NCBI GenBank assembly: GCA_964016885.1
Contig: OZ024740.1
Span: forward strand, 306,342,001 to 306,406,000
Reading direction: 5' to 3'
DNA: 64,000 bases
From: Eledone cirrhosa
Taxonomy: Eukaryota
Shown: one piece after another, positions 52,821 to 64,000 of the stretch
Position numbering within the stretch: the first letter of the stretch is position 1
How the letters are laid out: every line of letters starts with the position of its first letter
Made by a program: the position numbers and the translations under genes
The notes under the pieces: model-generated
What the model saw: only the letters and a program-made list of their open reading frames with translations
Told to the model about the DNA's origin: nothing
Database searches by the model: none

Positions 52821-54891
52821 AAGCCATTAGAGACAAAAGACTAGCATGGAAGGCTTGGAAAAAGGGTGGGAGTAGAGAAGGATATAGAGCCACTAAGAGA
52901 GAAACTAGACATCAGGTGTACTTAGCACGCAGGGAGGCCGAGAGTAGGAGGTTTGCCAATGTTCTGCGACGGGAAGATCAGAGGCATGCGGTGTTCCGCA
53001 TTGCAAGGCAGTGTGTCAATGCAAATCAGGATATTGTTGGAGATAAATGTGTCCGGAATGATGCCGGTGTACTTAGTGTCACGAATGATCAGAAAAAGGA
53101 GGCCTGGAAATGTCATTAAGAGAGACTGATGAATGTGGAGAACGAATGGGTGAGAGAGAAATTACCCTCAGTAGAACCAACAGAGGGACCAGTTATTGAG
53201 ATTGACGAATATAGGGTCTAAGAGGCGATTAAGAAAATGAAAAATGGTAAGGCTGCTGGACCGTCGGGGATAGTTACTGAGATGCTGAAGGCATCAGGGG
53301 ACGTAGGCACTAAATTGGTTGCACGCATCATCAATCAGGCTATATATGGTGGTGTCATACCCAAAGACTGGTGCAGCAGTATTCTCATAAATTGCTACAA
53401 AGGTAAAGGGGATGCTCTGGAGAGGAGCAATTATAGGGGTATAAAACTGATGGATCAGGTTATGAAAGTGGCAGAAAGGATTTTAGCGCAACTAATTAGA
53501 GAAAGGGTCAAACTAGATGAGATGCAGTTTGGTTTTGTGCCTGGGAAAAGTACAACAGATGCCCTCTTCTTGGTGAGACAATTACAAGAGAGATTCTTAG
53601 AGAAAAATAAGCCACTGTACTTAGCCTTTGTTGACCTAGAGAAGGCCTTTGATAGGGTACCCCGATCTGTCATCTGGTGGTCCCTAAGGAAACTAGGTGT
53701 TGAGGAATGGCTTGTGAGGACAGTACAAACTTTGTACAAAGGTACTGTCAGTAAAGTCAGGGTAGGAATGGAGTTTAGTGAGGAATTCCAGATACAAGTA
53801 GGAGTACATCAAGGTTCGGTCCTCAGCCCGCTCTTGTTCATTATAGTCCTCCAAGCCATAACAGAGGAGTTTAAGACTGGCTATCCATGGGAACTTCTCT
53901 ATGCTGACGATATGGTTCTTATAGCAGAATCAGTAGAGGAGCTAGAGAATAAATTCTGGCTATGGAAACAGCAGTTGGAAGCAAGAGGACTGAGAGTGAA
54001 CCTAGCTAAGACAAAAGTGTTGATGAGTAGAAAAGAGGACAAAACTCTGATTCCGTCAGAGAAATTGCCATGTTCGATATGCAGAAAAGGAACTGGCATA
54101 AATTCTATAAAATGCACACAATGCAGATCCTGGGTACACAAGAGATGTAGCGGGATAGTAGGCAAACTAACAGGTAGGGAGAAATACGTATGCAGTAGAT
54201 GTACAGGGAAATTAGACAGTAGAAGTCGCATTGATAGAAACATTTTTCAAATGCAGGTGGGTGCTATAGAAGTGGTGGATAGCTTCCGGTACCTAGGTGA
54301 TCAGATTAGCATGGGAGGGGGGTGTTCCGAGGCCATAGTATCTAGAATAAGGATGGGTTGGAAGAAGTTTAGGGAGCTGCTTCCTCTGCTGACGAAGAAG
54401 GGTTTCTCCTTGCGTACGAAAGGCCGGTTATATGATACCTGTGTGAGGAGCGCGATGCTGCATGGTAGTGAGACATGAGCAGCAACTGCAGAGGATATGC
54501 GATGGCTGGAGAGAAATGAGGCCAGCATGCTCCATTGGATGTGCAGTGTCAATGTGCGTGAATGACCCAGCATGAATGTGTTGAGAGAGAAACTGTGTCT
54601 GAGAGGGATAGAATGTAGTGTGCAAGAGAGGAGACTGAGGTGGTATGGACATATGATGCGCATGGAGGATGACCGATGGGTGAAGAAGTGCCAGGAAATG
54701 CCAGTTGAAGGAAGTAGACCACGAAAAACATAGGTGGAGGTGGTGAGAACAGACCTCAGATCGCTGAAGCTCACGGTGGAGATGACAAAGGACCGTGACA
54801 AGTGGAGAGATGCTGTGCTGAATAAGACCCGTCCCACCCTTGCAAGCAGGGAAGAGCGGACGTAAAATGATGATGATGATGATGATGATGA
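52821..54891 (+). mobile_element. RTE/BovB-like LINE, 5'-truncated, with RT and embedded PHD finger; several nonsense mutations
   Basis: GKAAGPSG, YKGKGD..NYRGIKL, QFGF, AFVDLEKAFDRVPR, GVHQGSVLSPLLF, YADD, FRYLG, MLHGSET, RRLRWYGH; stops at 53117, 53219, 54476 and beyond; (GAT)n tail; flanked by (TA)n. Confidence 0.97.
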
Positions 54892-54902
54892 TATATATAT
54901 AT

Positions 54903-54947
<45 letters not shown>

Positions 54948-55773
54948 TGTATATATATATATACATATATACATAGAGAGAGAGGGAGAGAGAGAGGGGG
55001 AGTGAGTGAATGAATGAGAGAGTGAGTGAGTGAGGTAGAGGTGATAGAGAATAAACAGAGAAATGAAAAGTAGAGTAGAAAATAGTGGAGGAATATTGTG
55101 AAATATGATAGAGGAGTAAAGAAATAGTATAACAGAAATAGAGAGAGATGTGAGTAGAGATAGTATGTGAGAGTGAGAGAGAAGGGGAGAGCAAACAAAA
55201 CAGTAAAATGAGAAAGTGGAGAAGAGTAGAATGTAGATGAGAGAGTGATATATAGAGACAGATAAGGGAGGGGAAGAAAGAGGGAGAGATGGAGTGGAAG
55301 GCAGAGAAGAAAAAACTGGAATATAAAAAGGTATGAAAAAGAGGGGGGGAGATGGATATAGACAGTGAGAAGGAGAAAGAGAAAGTAAAAAACAGAAGCT
55401 AAAGGAGGGAGAGAGAGAGAGCAGTAATAGTGTGAAGAGGTGTACTTCCTGGTTAAAAGTCCAACTGTCCAGTGGAAAATATTAGTGTCAATATATACAC
55501 ACTGCATTAGCCTTTAAATCTAATAATCACCTGTTGTATACAGGTAAGTTTATATCTTCATATATACAAACACAAACAAATATATATGCATATATATATA
55601 TATATTTCCTGATGATTTCTTTTGAATGAAACAGTTCTAGTCCTGTAAAAACCACTTCTATATTAAGCATAATGTTTACACTCTACTATATATATATATA
55701 TATATGCGTTAAGGTTCTCTACTTATTTACTGTCGTTACCCCCGATTTAACTGTGAATCTACACACACACACA

Positions 55774-55842
<69 letters not shown>

Positions 55843-56171
55843 TATAGTCATTTATGTCGAGAGGACCAGATTTCAAATTAAAAATTTTCAAATTTTCTCA
55901 ATGTTTTTTAAGTGAACTGGATATTCACCCCCCCCCCCATATATATATATGAAGAGCTCTACATATGTAAATATACATTTTTTTGTAAAGATTTAGATCT
56001 CTATATATGCATGTACTTATATAGCTATGCATATTTATTCCAACATATATATATGTATGCAAAAATACACATGCACAAATATATAATACATACTTATATT
56101 ACAATATGTATAAAAATGGATCTTATAAATACAAGATTACTATACATATGTATATGCATACATGCATATAT

Positions 56172-56267
<96 letters not shown>

Positions 56268-56443
56268 AAGAGTTGAAGTCAATATTGCACCATATGTACA
56301 AACTTTATTTGCATATTACAATTGTTTTAATATCGATCAGCTCAGAGTACAATCAATGTGACAGGGCCCAACTCTTTTTCAACATCTGGTCAGATATTTG
56401 AGCTTATATGTGCAAAGATATATCTAACCAACATATATATATA

Positions 56444-56597
56444 TATTAGAAAGAGTTGGAGCGCAACGGCTGAGCTCATTTCAACAGCTAGTTCCAGTCT
56501 GGAATTTGCTGTTGGAATGACAAGAGTTCAGCCCCCACCTGGAACTAGCTGTTGAAACAGCAAGAGCTCAGCCATTGGACCCCAACTCTTTCTAATA
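56444..56597. mobile_element. Foldback/MITE-like palindromic element
   Basis: TATTAGAAAGAGTTGG/CCAACTCTTTCTAATA termini plus inner inverted GGCTGAGCTC and TTTCAACAGCTAGTTCCAG arms. Diverged half copy at ~10715-10775. Confidence 0.85.
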
Positions 56598-56719
56598 TAG
56601 TCATACTCTACTATCCCAAATATCGAGTTCTCTGTTGAATAACGGTCTAACTAGTTTAAAACTAGGCAATCCTGATATATATATATAATCCTGATATATA
56701 TATATATATATATATATAT

Positions 56720-57107
56720 GGAGGCACATGGCCTTGCAATCGAAAGGTTGTGAGTTCAATTCTCAGACCGGGTGATGTGTTGTTTCCTTGAGCAAGACAC
56801 TTTATTTCACATTGCTCCAGTTTACTCAGTTGTAGAAATGAGATGATAGGGACTGAGGTCTCTATCATTCCACTGCAAAGTGGTCGTGGAGGTGCCACGG
56901 CAAAAAAAAGCACCCAGCCCACACTGTAAAGTGGACGTGTAGGTGCCATGGAAAAAAAAGCACCCAGCATTCACTGTAAATGAGGTTGGTGTTAGGAAGG
57001 GCATCCAGCTGTAGAAATCAAGCCAGAATCAGTTCCCGTCCCACCCTTGCAAGCAGGGAAAAGTGGACGTAAAATGAAATGATGATGAATGATGATGATG
57101 ATAATGA
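56720..57107 (+). mobile_element. SINE family A with a duplicated internal unit
   Basis: Near-identical to 4570-4903 but with an extra aaaaagcacccag..cactgtaaa unit; flanked by (TA)n. Confidence 0.92.
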
Positions 57108-59159
57108 TATATATATATAGAGAGAGAGAGAGAAAAGAGATCGAAAATGCAAGTGGAGTCTTTTTAAGAATATTTATTTATTTCCTTTACCGGTTTCACA
57201 GTTCTTATGCTTTTCAAAAGTAGAATTGAAATTGTGGTTTTTCTTGCATCTGATTTATATATAAATTTTAAATTACTCCGGAGTAAACAGACCTACCTGC
57301 ACACTTCATTGAGTCTTCTACCCTGCATACTGAAGTGTCGATAACCAAACAACACATACTCAAATATATATATATATATAAATACATATATATATATTAT
57401 ATATTATATATATATATATATATTCTTTGTTATGGTTAAGTCGTGAGTCTTGTTACTCTGGAGTTTCACCTGTTTACTCTCATGGTCATCAGTAACCGAG
57501 AGTCATTATTAGGGAAAGGCCCAGAGTGGATTGGCAGTATTGGTAGAGGGTCGGATGCCATGCTTTGTAGCATAGTTACGCCCCTTTACGTCTGAGTTCA
57601 AACCCCGCCAGGGTCGATAAAATAAAGGACCAGTAATGCACTGGGATAATTGCTGGCCTTGTGCCAAAAAGTAGAAACAATTATTAGGGAAAGACCCAAG
57701 GGGTAGGAATGGGGTAGATGGGTGTTTTTGAATGGAATAGGTATATGGAGAGACTGACTTTTAAGGGAGACATGTACAGTAATAGAGCTAATATGGGGAA
57801 GGAGAAAATGAAAATAAAAAATGTGGGATATGCAAAGAATAAAAGACAGGAAAAAATACAAAAGAAATGTTAGGGAGTGGCAGCAGAAAAAAAAAGAAAA
57901 GAAGAAAAAGTCAGAAGGAAAATAAAAGAAAAAAGAATGAGGAGAGAAAGAGAAAAAAAGAAAAAGAAAAAAAGAGAACAAAGGGATGATGAAAGAATGG
58001 AAGAATCTAGAATAAAGGTTTGAGGGGGGTGTGCTGATGAATGGTAAAGAAGCACCACCAGAGGTAATATAAATGAATGCAAGCATGGAAAAGTGGAAGT
58101 AAAAATGATGATGAAATAGAAAGGTTAACTGAGGCAGCTTCCATTGAATTGATGGTATTTATGATAATGGTATAAAAGATGATGATGATGGTGATAGTAA
58201 CTAAAAGGTATGATAAATATAACAGATGAGTTGATATCAATAAATAGAAAATAAATAAATAAGAATACTAAAGAAACATATGATGATGATAAGAAACAAT
58301 AGATAATGATGGTGTATGAGATAATGATGATGGTAGTGATGATGAATAGTAGATGATAAACAAAATATAGTAGAATAAATTAAATTAAAATAAAATGAAA
58401 ATAAAACATAAAATGAAATAGAATAAAATAAACTAAATGAGTGAGTGAGCATGTATCAATTAATAAAAAATAAATGAATATAATAAGGTGCTGTAGTTTG
58501 CTTGAAGCATTGTGAAATATGAGTGACAAATACAAATAAAAAATAAGTTTGGTTATTTGGAAGCCCTACAATGCATGTTTGGTAAAAATGCCAAGGTAAT
58601 AAGAAAGTAGAAGAATAAAAATGACACAGTCAACTGAAATAAAAGAGTGAGGACGATAGAAGAAAGTTACCATAGCAATTTTTAATGATCCCAAATATTT
58701 TCGGATTTTCCATCAAGGGGAGTGTGTAGGGGGGACCTCAGAGAGAAACCTGAGAAATATCATGGGCAGCTGTTCGATTTATTTTGTAAATTGCAACAGT
58801 TAGAACATTCACAAGATATAGAATCTAGAAGAATTACTATAATACATTGTTCACAAGATACAAAAATATATATTTTAATGTTGCCTACTACAATGACACA
58901 TTAAAAAAAGGGCTTTAAAGAGAAGCTGAAGCAATAAACAGAAAGCATAGAATTCAACTGGTATAATCAACTGGTATAACCCTCCCTACAGCCTTAATAT
59001 CTCAAAAAACATAGCCAGGTACTTTCTTTCGCTTGTAAGAAAACACATCCCTATCACACATTGGGACTATAAGGTCTTCAATAAAAACACAATTAAGGTA
59101 AGCTTTAACTGCTAAACAATTTAAGATCACAGATTATAACACATCCAAAGAATCTTGTG

Positions 59160-60975
59160 ATTTCATTCTCTATATGCCTCACATATCCATACCATTACAG
59201 TTTCTCCTCTTGCACACTACATCTCATCCTGCTTATGCTCAGTTTTTTTGTTAGCACATTGATGTTTTGATACATATCCACCTGTGCATGCACATCTCAT
59301 TTCTTTCCAATCTTTGTAGGTCCTCTGTACACATGACCCAGGTCTCACTTCCATGCAGGATTGCCATTCACACACAAACATAACATCATAAAATTGGCTT
59401 TTCATTCTGAGAGAGAATCCCTGTGTAGCCAGAAGGCTTAGTAGCTCCCTGAACTTTTTCCAACCTGTTTTCCATATGGCAACTATACATTCAGAACACC
59501 CACCACCACTGCTAATTTGGCCACCTAGGAAATGGAAACTGTTAACTACTTCTAGGGAGCCACTTGAGCATTTGATAGAGCTTGTTTCATGTGAGCTCTT
59601 GCCGATCTCTGCTTCTGTGTATCTGTCACATACAAAGTCTACATTCTTTGTTATCCTGTCCAAGATCCTTTTACATCTCTGAGTACACATACCTTACATT
59701 TTGTACATAAAATGGAATTTCTACCTACTCCTTTCCTGCATACTGAACATGGCCATTACCCTGAAAGAATCAAAGCCCTGTTTTTTTTTCTACTTTTAAT
59801 TTCAGCTTTTGCTTCCATATCTGGAATTTCTTCTCTAATTCTACCTCAAATTCTCCTATGAGGATTAAATCCTCAACATATAGGAATTTCCAAGGGCAGC
59901 CAGTTTTAAACTCCTCTATTATGGTTTAGAGAACAACAATATATAGATGGGGGCTGAGGATAGAGCCCTGGTGGAACCCCCTCACATGTACTCTAAATTT
60001 GTCACTATACTTATTCTTAACTCTAAACTAGTTGACTGCCCCCTCTGTACATGGCTTGAACCTTACAAGCCAATCCTCTACACCTAGTTTCTTAAGGGCC
60101 CACCATATTATAGAATGGGGCACCTAATCAAATGCTTTCTCTAAGTTAACAAACGCTATGTAGAAAAGCTTACTCTTATCCAGATACTTTTCTTGTAACA
60201 GTCTCACTAGTAAGAGGGCATCTGTGGTATCTTTACTGGGTGCAAAAACAATCTTCATCTTGTCTAGGTTAATTCTATTCCTAATTAGTTGTGCTATAGC
60301 TGCCAGTCATTAGGCATGATTCCATCTTGTATTACCCAGTTCACTATACATGCAGTCAGAGTGTAACCCACCATACCAGATACTTTCAGCATCTCAGTAT
60401 CTGAGCATCTATCTCTGATAGTTTAGCTGCTTTTCCTATCTTCATATCCTTCACTGCCTTACTTGCCACTCTTCTGCTCTTTACTTCGATAGCTAGTCAT
60501 TACTCTATTACTCTATTACATGTTCCAGCCGATAGGCTCAGGCCATGCTGGGGTACTGTCATGATGAGTTTACTTGAGGCAGACCAACTTCCTCCATTGC
60601 ATTCTTCTAATTCAACAGTCTCTCATAATTACACTTCCACACTTCTTTCTTCCCAGCATCAGTGAGGGCAAGTATGCCACTGTCATTTCAGATGCACTCC
60701 TCCTCAACAACATTTTGATGCTCCTTCACACACTGCCTTGCATTCCTTTGATCCCCCCAGTGCAAAATATACACAAACTTCTTACTTTTTGCTCCCTTTT
60801 CTGCTTGGTGTACTTGGCATTTAGCTTCTCTTCTAGCATCTTGACACTGTTCTTTGCTTCCTCCATTTTGTTTCTTAGCTTTGATTGCCTCATCTACCCT
60901 ACTATTCCACCACCATGTCCCTCTTCATTGCCCTGGGACCTTGCACCAGCCACAGATCTTGTCTGTACCCTTCAG
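59160..60975 (-). mobile_element. Heavily decayed RTE/BovB-like LINE related to 52821-54891
   Basis: AFVNLEKAFD, GFHQGSILSP, WPCSVCRKGVG, SFHFLGGQISSGGGCSE, GWKKFRELL. Confidence 0.9.
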
Positions 60976-60989
60976 TAGGTTACATCTGC

Positions 60990-61192
60990 ATCATCATCAT
61001 CATCACCGTTTTACGTCCGTTCTTCCACGCTAGCATGGGTTAGATGGGTTGTCCTGTTGTGGGCAGTGTCTGGTCGGCTGACTATGCCTTGCTCATACAG
61101 GAACTGATTTGGCTTGATTTCAACAGCTGGATGCCCTTCCTAACACCAACCTCATTTACAGTGAGTGCTGGGTACTTTTTTGTGGCGCCTAC
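60990..61192 (-). mobile_element. Family A SINE 3' half
   Basis: (cat)n plus RTE-type tail and one internal unit. Confidence 0.85.
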
Positions 61193-61574
61193 ACTTTTTT
61201 GCCTATCCATTTTTGTCTACTTATCTGTATTTGTGTCTATCTTGTCTGTGGAATTTCTCTATCCCAAGAACTCAATGACCCTATTCATATGACCACTATG
61301 GTGTGATTTACAAATAAACTTTGGATTTGAAAGAATCTTTAGGTTTCATTTTATTACCAAGTTTTAGTCAGTACTGCTGGTTATTGTTGACTATATACAT
61401 TTATTGCCAATTTTCTGATTTTACTTTTGTGATACTCCAAACAAAAGATTACCGAATTATTTTTTTGTGCTACTGTTGTTATTGTTGTTATTGTTGTGCA
61501 TGTTTCTGTTCTCAGTATTTTGATATCAGTACTACATAGAAATTACTTTTCTAAACCCTTTTCAAATATTATTT

Positions 61575-61666
61575 TATTATGCCTGTGTATGTATACATAT
61601 ATATATATATATATGAATATATATATATATAATATACACACACATATATACACACATACATACATA

Positions 61667-61729
<63 letters not shown>

Positions 61730-61798
61730 AACCCATGCAAGCGTGGAATATGGACGTTAAATGATGATGATGATGATGATATATATATATATATATGT

Positions 61799-61896
<98 letters not shown>

Positions 61897-61926
61897 ACAT
61901 ATATATATATATATATATATATGTGT

Positions 61927-61978
<52 letters not shown>

Positions 61979-61998
61979 ACATATATATATATATATAT
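61575..61998. repeat. (TA)n microsatellite complex with an inserted RTE-type tail (~61727-61780)
   Basis: Direct inspection. Confidence 0.95.
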
Positions 61999-62280
61999 TC
62001 CATCGTATTCCCAAACAAAAAAACAAAATCCTTCCCATTCTTAATTCTATCGTATCCTCCAATTCCCTAATTCTATCGTATTCTCAAACAAAAAACAACA
62101 AAATCCTTTCCATTTTACTTCTTATAATTTACTTTAAATATATATATCATGCTACCTCGAAAGTCAAAAATCCCGCTCATACACCCTTCTCCCACCATTT
62201 TCTTCACGAGGGGTTGCGGTCAGCCACTCTCTCTCTCTCTCTCTCCCCCTTCCCACTCTCTCTCTCTCTCTCTCTTAGCT

Positions 62281-62311
<31 letters not shown>

Positions 62312-62654
62312 AGATAAATTCCCGTTCATGTTTATTCACTTTCGCCAAACAATTGCTGCTTCAACTACCCCTACTACGGTGTAACCATGTAATCGTAACG
62401 TTCACGTTTTTCCTATCTCCTCCACACACCACAATTTCGTACAAACATCCAATCCCGCAAAATCCGAAATCTGTATTTTTTGTTATTTATTAAGGTTTAA
62501 ATACGGTGTTTTTGTCGTATTGAACAGAACAAATCTTGCAGTTTTGCTTTTTGTTACTCGCTGGTAAACATTCATAACCTTCCAGCTAGCTACCCCACAT
62601 CCCTCCCACCCGCCCCCACACACCACCACACACCACCACTCACCACCACTCTTA

Positions 62655-62785
62655 ATACGTGGACCAATCATAAGCCAGAGACCCCCCCCCCACACGCATC
62701 ACCATTATTACTATAAGCCAGAGACCCCCCCCCCACACGCATCACCATTATTATTATTACGCGGACCAATCATAAGCCAGAGGCC
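62655..62785. promoter_or_regulatory. Short tandem duplication with CCAAT boxes in a CpG-retaining region; candidate promoter
   Basis: GGACCAATCATAAGCCAGAG at ~62661 and ~62763; ataagccagagacccc..cacacgcatcaccattatta repeated. Confidence 0.35.
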
Positions 62786-62824
62786 TATACTATCGCTTGC
62801 ACGGTTGCCTTCGATATATGATGG

Positions 62825-64000
62825 ATGGATGGATGGACGGACTGCGGAATCCTGGAGAGTGGAGGGGAGAGAAAAATCTGGACGCTCAGAGCGAAAATGC
62901 CAATGCTAAAGTCAAATTCACCTCGTGGACGAGAATGCGAGCACTCTTCTTTGTTTCGCCCGCGGATGGCTAACATAACCCCATCTCCCCCCGCCCCACA
63001 CCACCCCCACCCTCCAAACGCGATCCAAAACTTCAGAGTTGGTACCATAAATGTAGGCACCCTAAAGGGGCGCGCTAACGAGGTTGTAGAAATGCTTGAA
63101 CGTAAGGAGGTCGATGTTTGTTGTATTCAAGAGACCAGGTGGAGGGGTGGGTCTGCTAGATTCATTGAGGGTAAAAAACGATGTTATAAGCTTTTCTGGG
63201 TGGGAAACGACGATGGGCTGGGTGGAGTAGGAATCATGGTAGCAGAAAAGTGGGCGGATAAGATAATAGACGTAAATAGAGTGAACGACAGAATAATTAA
63301 AATACGACTTGTCCTCAATAGAACTACGGTGACAGTAATATCTGCGTATGCACCCCAATCCGGACTGCCCGGCACTATAAAAGACAGATTCTATGAGACA
63401 CTGATGCTCACTACCTCCCAAATATCTGACAGTGACTATATAATTATTGCAGGCGACCTAAATGGTCACGTTGGGCAACATTGTGACGGCTACGACGAAA
63501 TCCATGGAGGCTATGGGTTTGGTACTAGAAATGAGGAAGGCTCCAGAATCCTGGAATTCTGTGATGCAAATAACCTAACTATCTGTAACACTAACTTCAA
63601 AAAACGTGACAATCACCTGATCACCTATAGATCCGGGGAACACACAAGCCAGGTAGATTATATCCTTACCAGAAGACGTGACAGAGTGTCTGTTGTAAAC
63701 ACTAAATCCCTCCCCCATGAAGAATGCACCTCCCAACATAGACTGATAATTAGCGACCTCATAGTCAGGTCGAGACGTACTCGACAGCAGAAGAGGACTA
63801 TCCTCAGGAGAAAAATATGGAAGCTAAAGGACCCCACAGCCAAAAATAAATTTCAAAACATATTACTTGATGCTTTCGACAGTAAGGAAGAACACTTAGA
63901 GTCGGACAATATAGAGGGACAGTGGGAATTTCTGAAAGCAAACCTGCTGTTGGCCACAGACGAAGTCTGTGGCTGGAGCAGGCCTGTAGGCAGGAGGAGA
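62825..64000 (+). CDS. RTE-clade LINE ORF, APE endonuclease domain, uninterrupted and truncated by the window end
   Basis: 392 codons without a stop (ATG options 62825, 62897, 62966): GTINVGTL, CIQETRW, GGVGI, ISAYAPQ, AGDLNGHVG, NEEG..ILEFC, TYRSG..SQVDYIL, SQHRL. Confidence 0.95.
   Translation, partial: MDGWTDCGILESGGERKIWTLRAKMPMLKSNSPRGRECEHSSLFRPRMANITPSPPAPHHPHPPNAIQNFRVGTINVGTLKGRANEVVEMLERKEVDVCCIQETRWRGGSARFIEGKKRCYKLFWVGNDDGLGGVGIMVAEKWADKIIDVNRVNDRIIKIRLVLNRTTVTVISAYAPQSGLPGTIKDRFYETLMLTTSQISDSDYIIIAGDLNGHVGQHCDGYDEIHGGYGFGTRNEEGSRILEFCDANNLTICNTNFKKRDNHLITYRSGEHTSQVDYILTRRRDRVSVVNTKSLPHEECTSQHRLIISDLIVRSRRTRQQKRTILRRKIWKLKDPTAKNKFQNILLDAFDSKEEHLESDNIEGQWEFLKANLLLATDEVCGWSRPVGRRR

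Noticed and set aside
61543-62312. YI-repeat ORFs
   Set aside because: (TA)n microsatellite translations.

Overview
This is eukaryotic, AT-rich, repeat-dominated genomic DNA, not a prokaryotic locus. The SINE, CR1 and RTE repertoire and the (TA)n, (CA)n and (GAT)n microsatellites suggest a coleoid cephalopod, probably Octopus (inference). The only well-supported host gene content is the last three coding exons of an unidentified + strand gene (233-1771). The rest contains several tRNA-derived SINE families, CR1, RTE/BovB and L1/Tx1 LINE fragments, one CRE-like fragment with a restriction-like endonuclease, piggyBac-, mariner- and pogo/Tc2-type MITEs, and five large minisatellites (48, 19, 58, 42-44 and 44 bp units). 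An RTE ORF with no stop codons runs off the right end. Most notable: (1) a C4HC3 PHD finger inside the RTE reverse transcriptase; (2) a SINE that shares the RTE 3' end and carries an internal ~48-bp cassette present in 1 to ~47 copies; (3) minimal hammerhead-ribozyme motifs; (4) a candidate minus-strand, apparently non-coding spliced transcript with an AG|GTGAGT recursive-splice-like site; (5) closely spaced inverted TE pairs that could form dsRNA. Most ORFs in the supplied track are repeat artefacts. Boundaries of decayed repeats are approximate.
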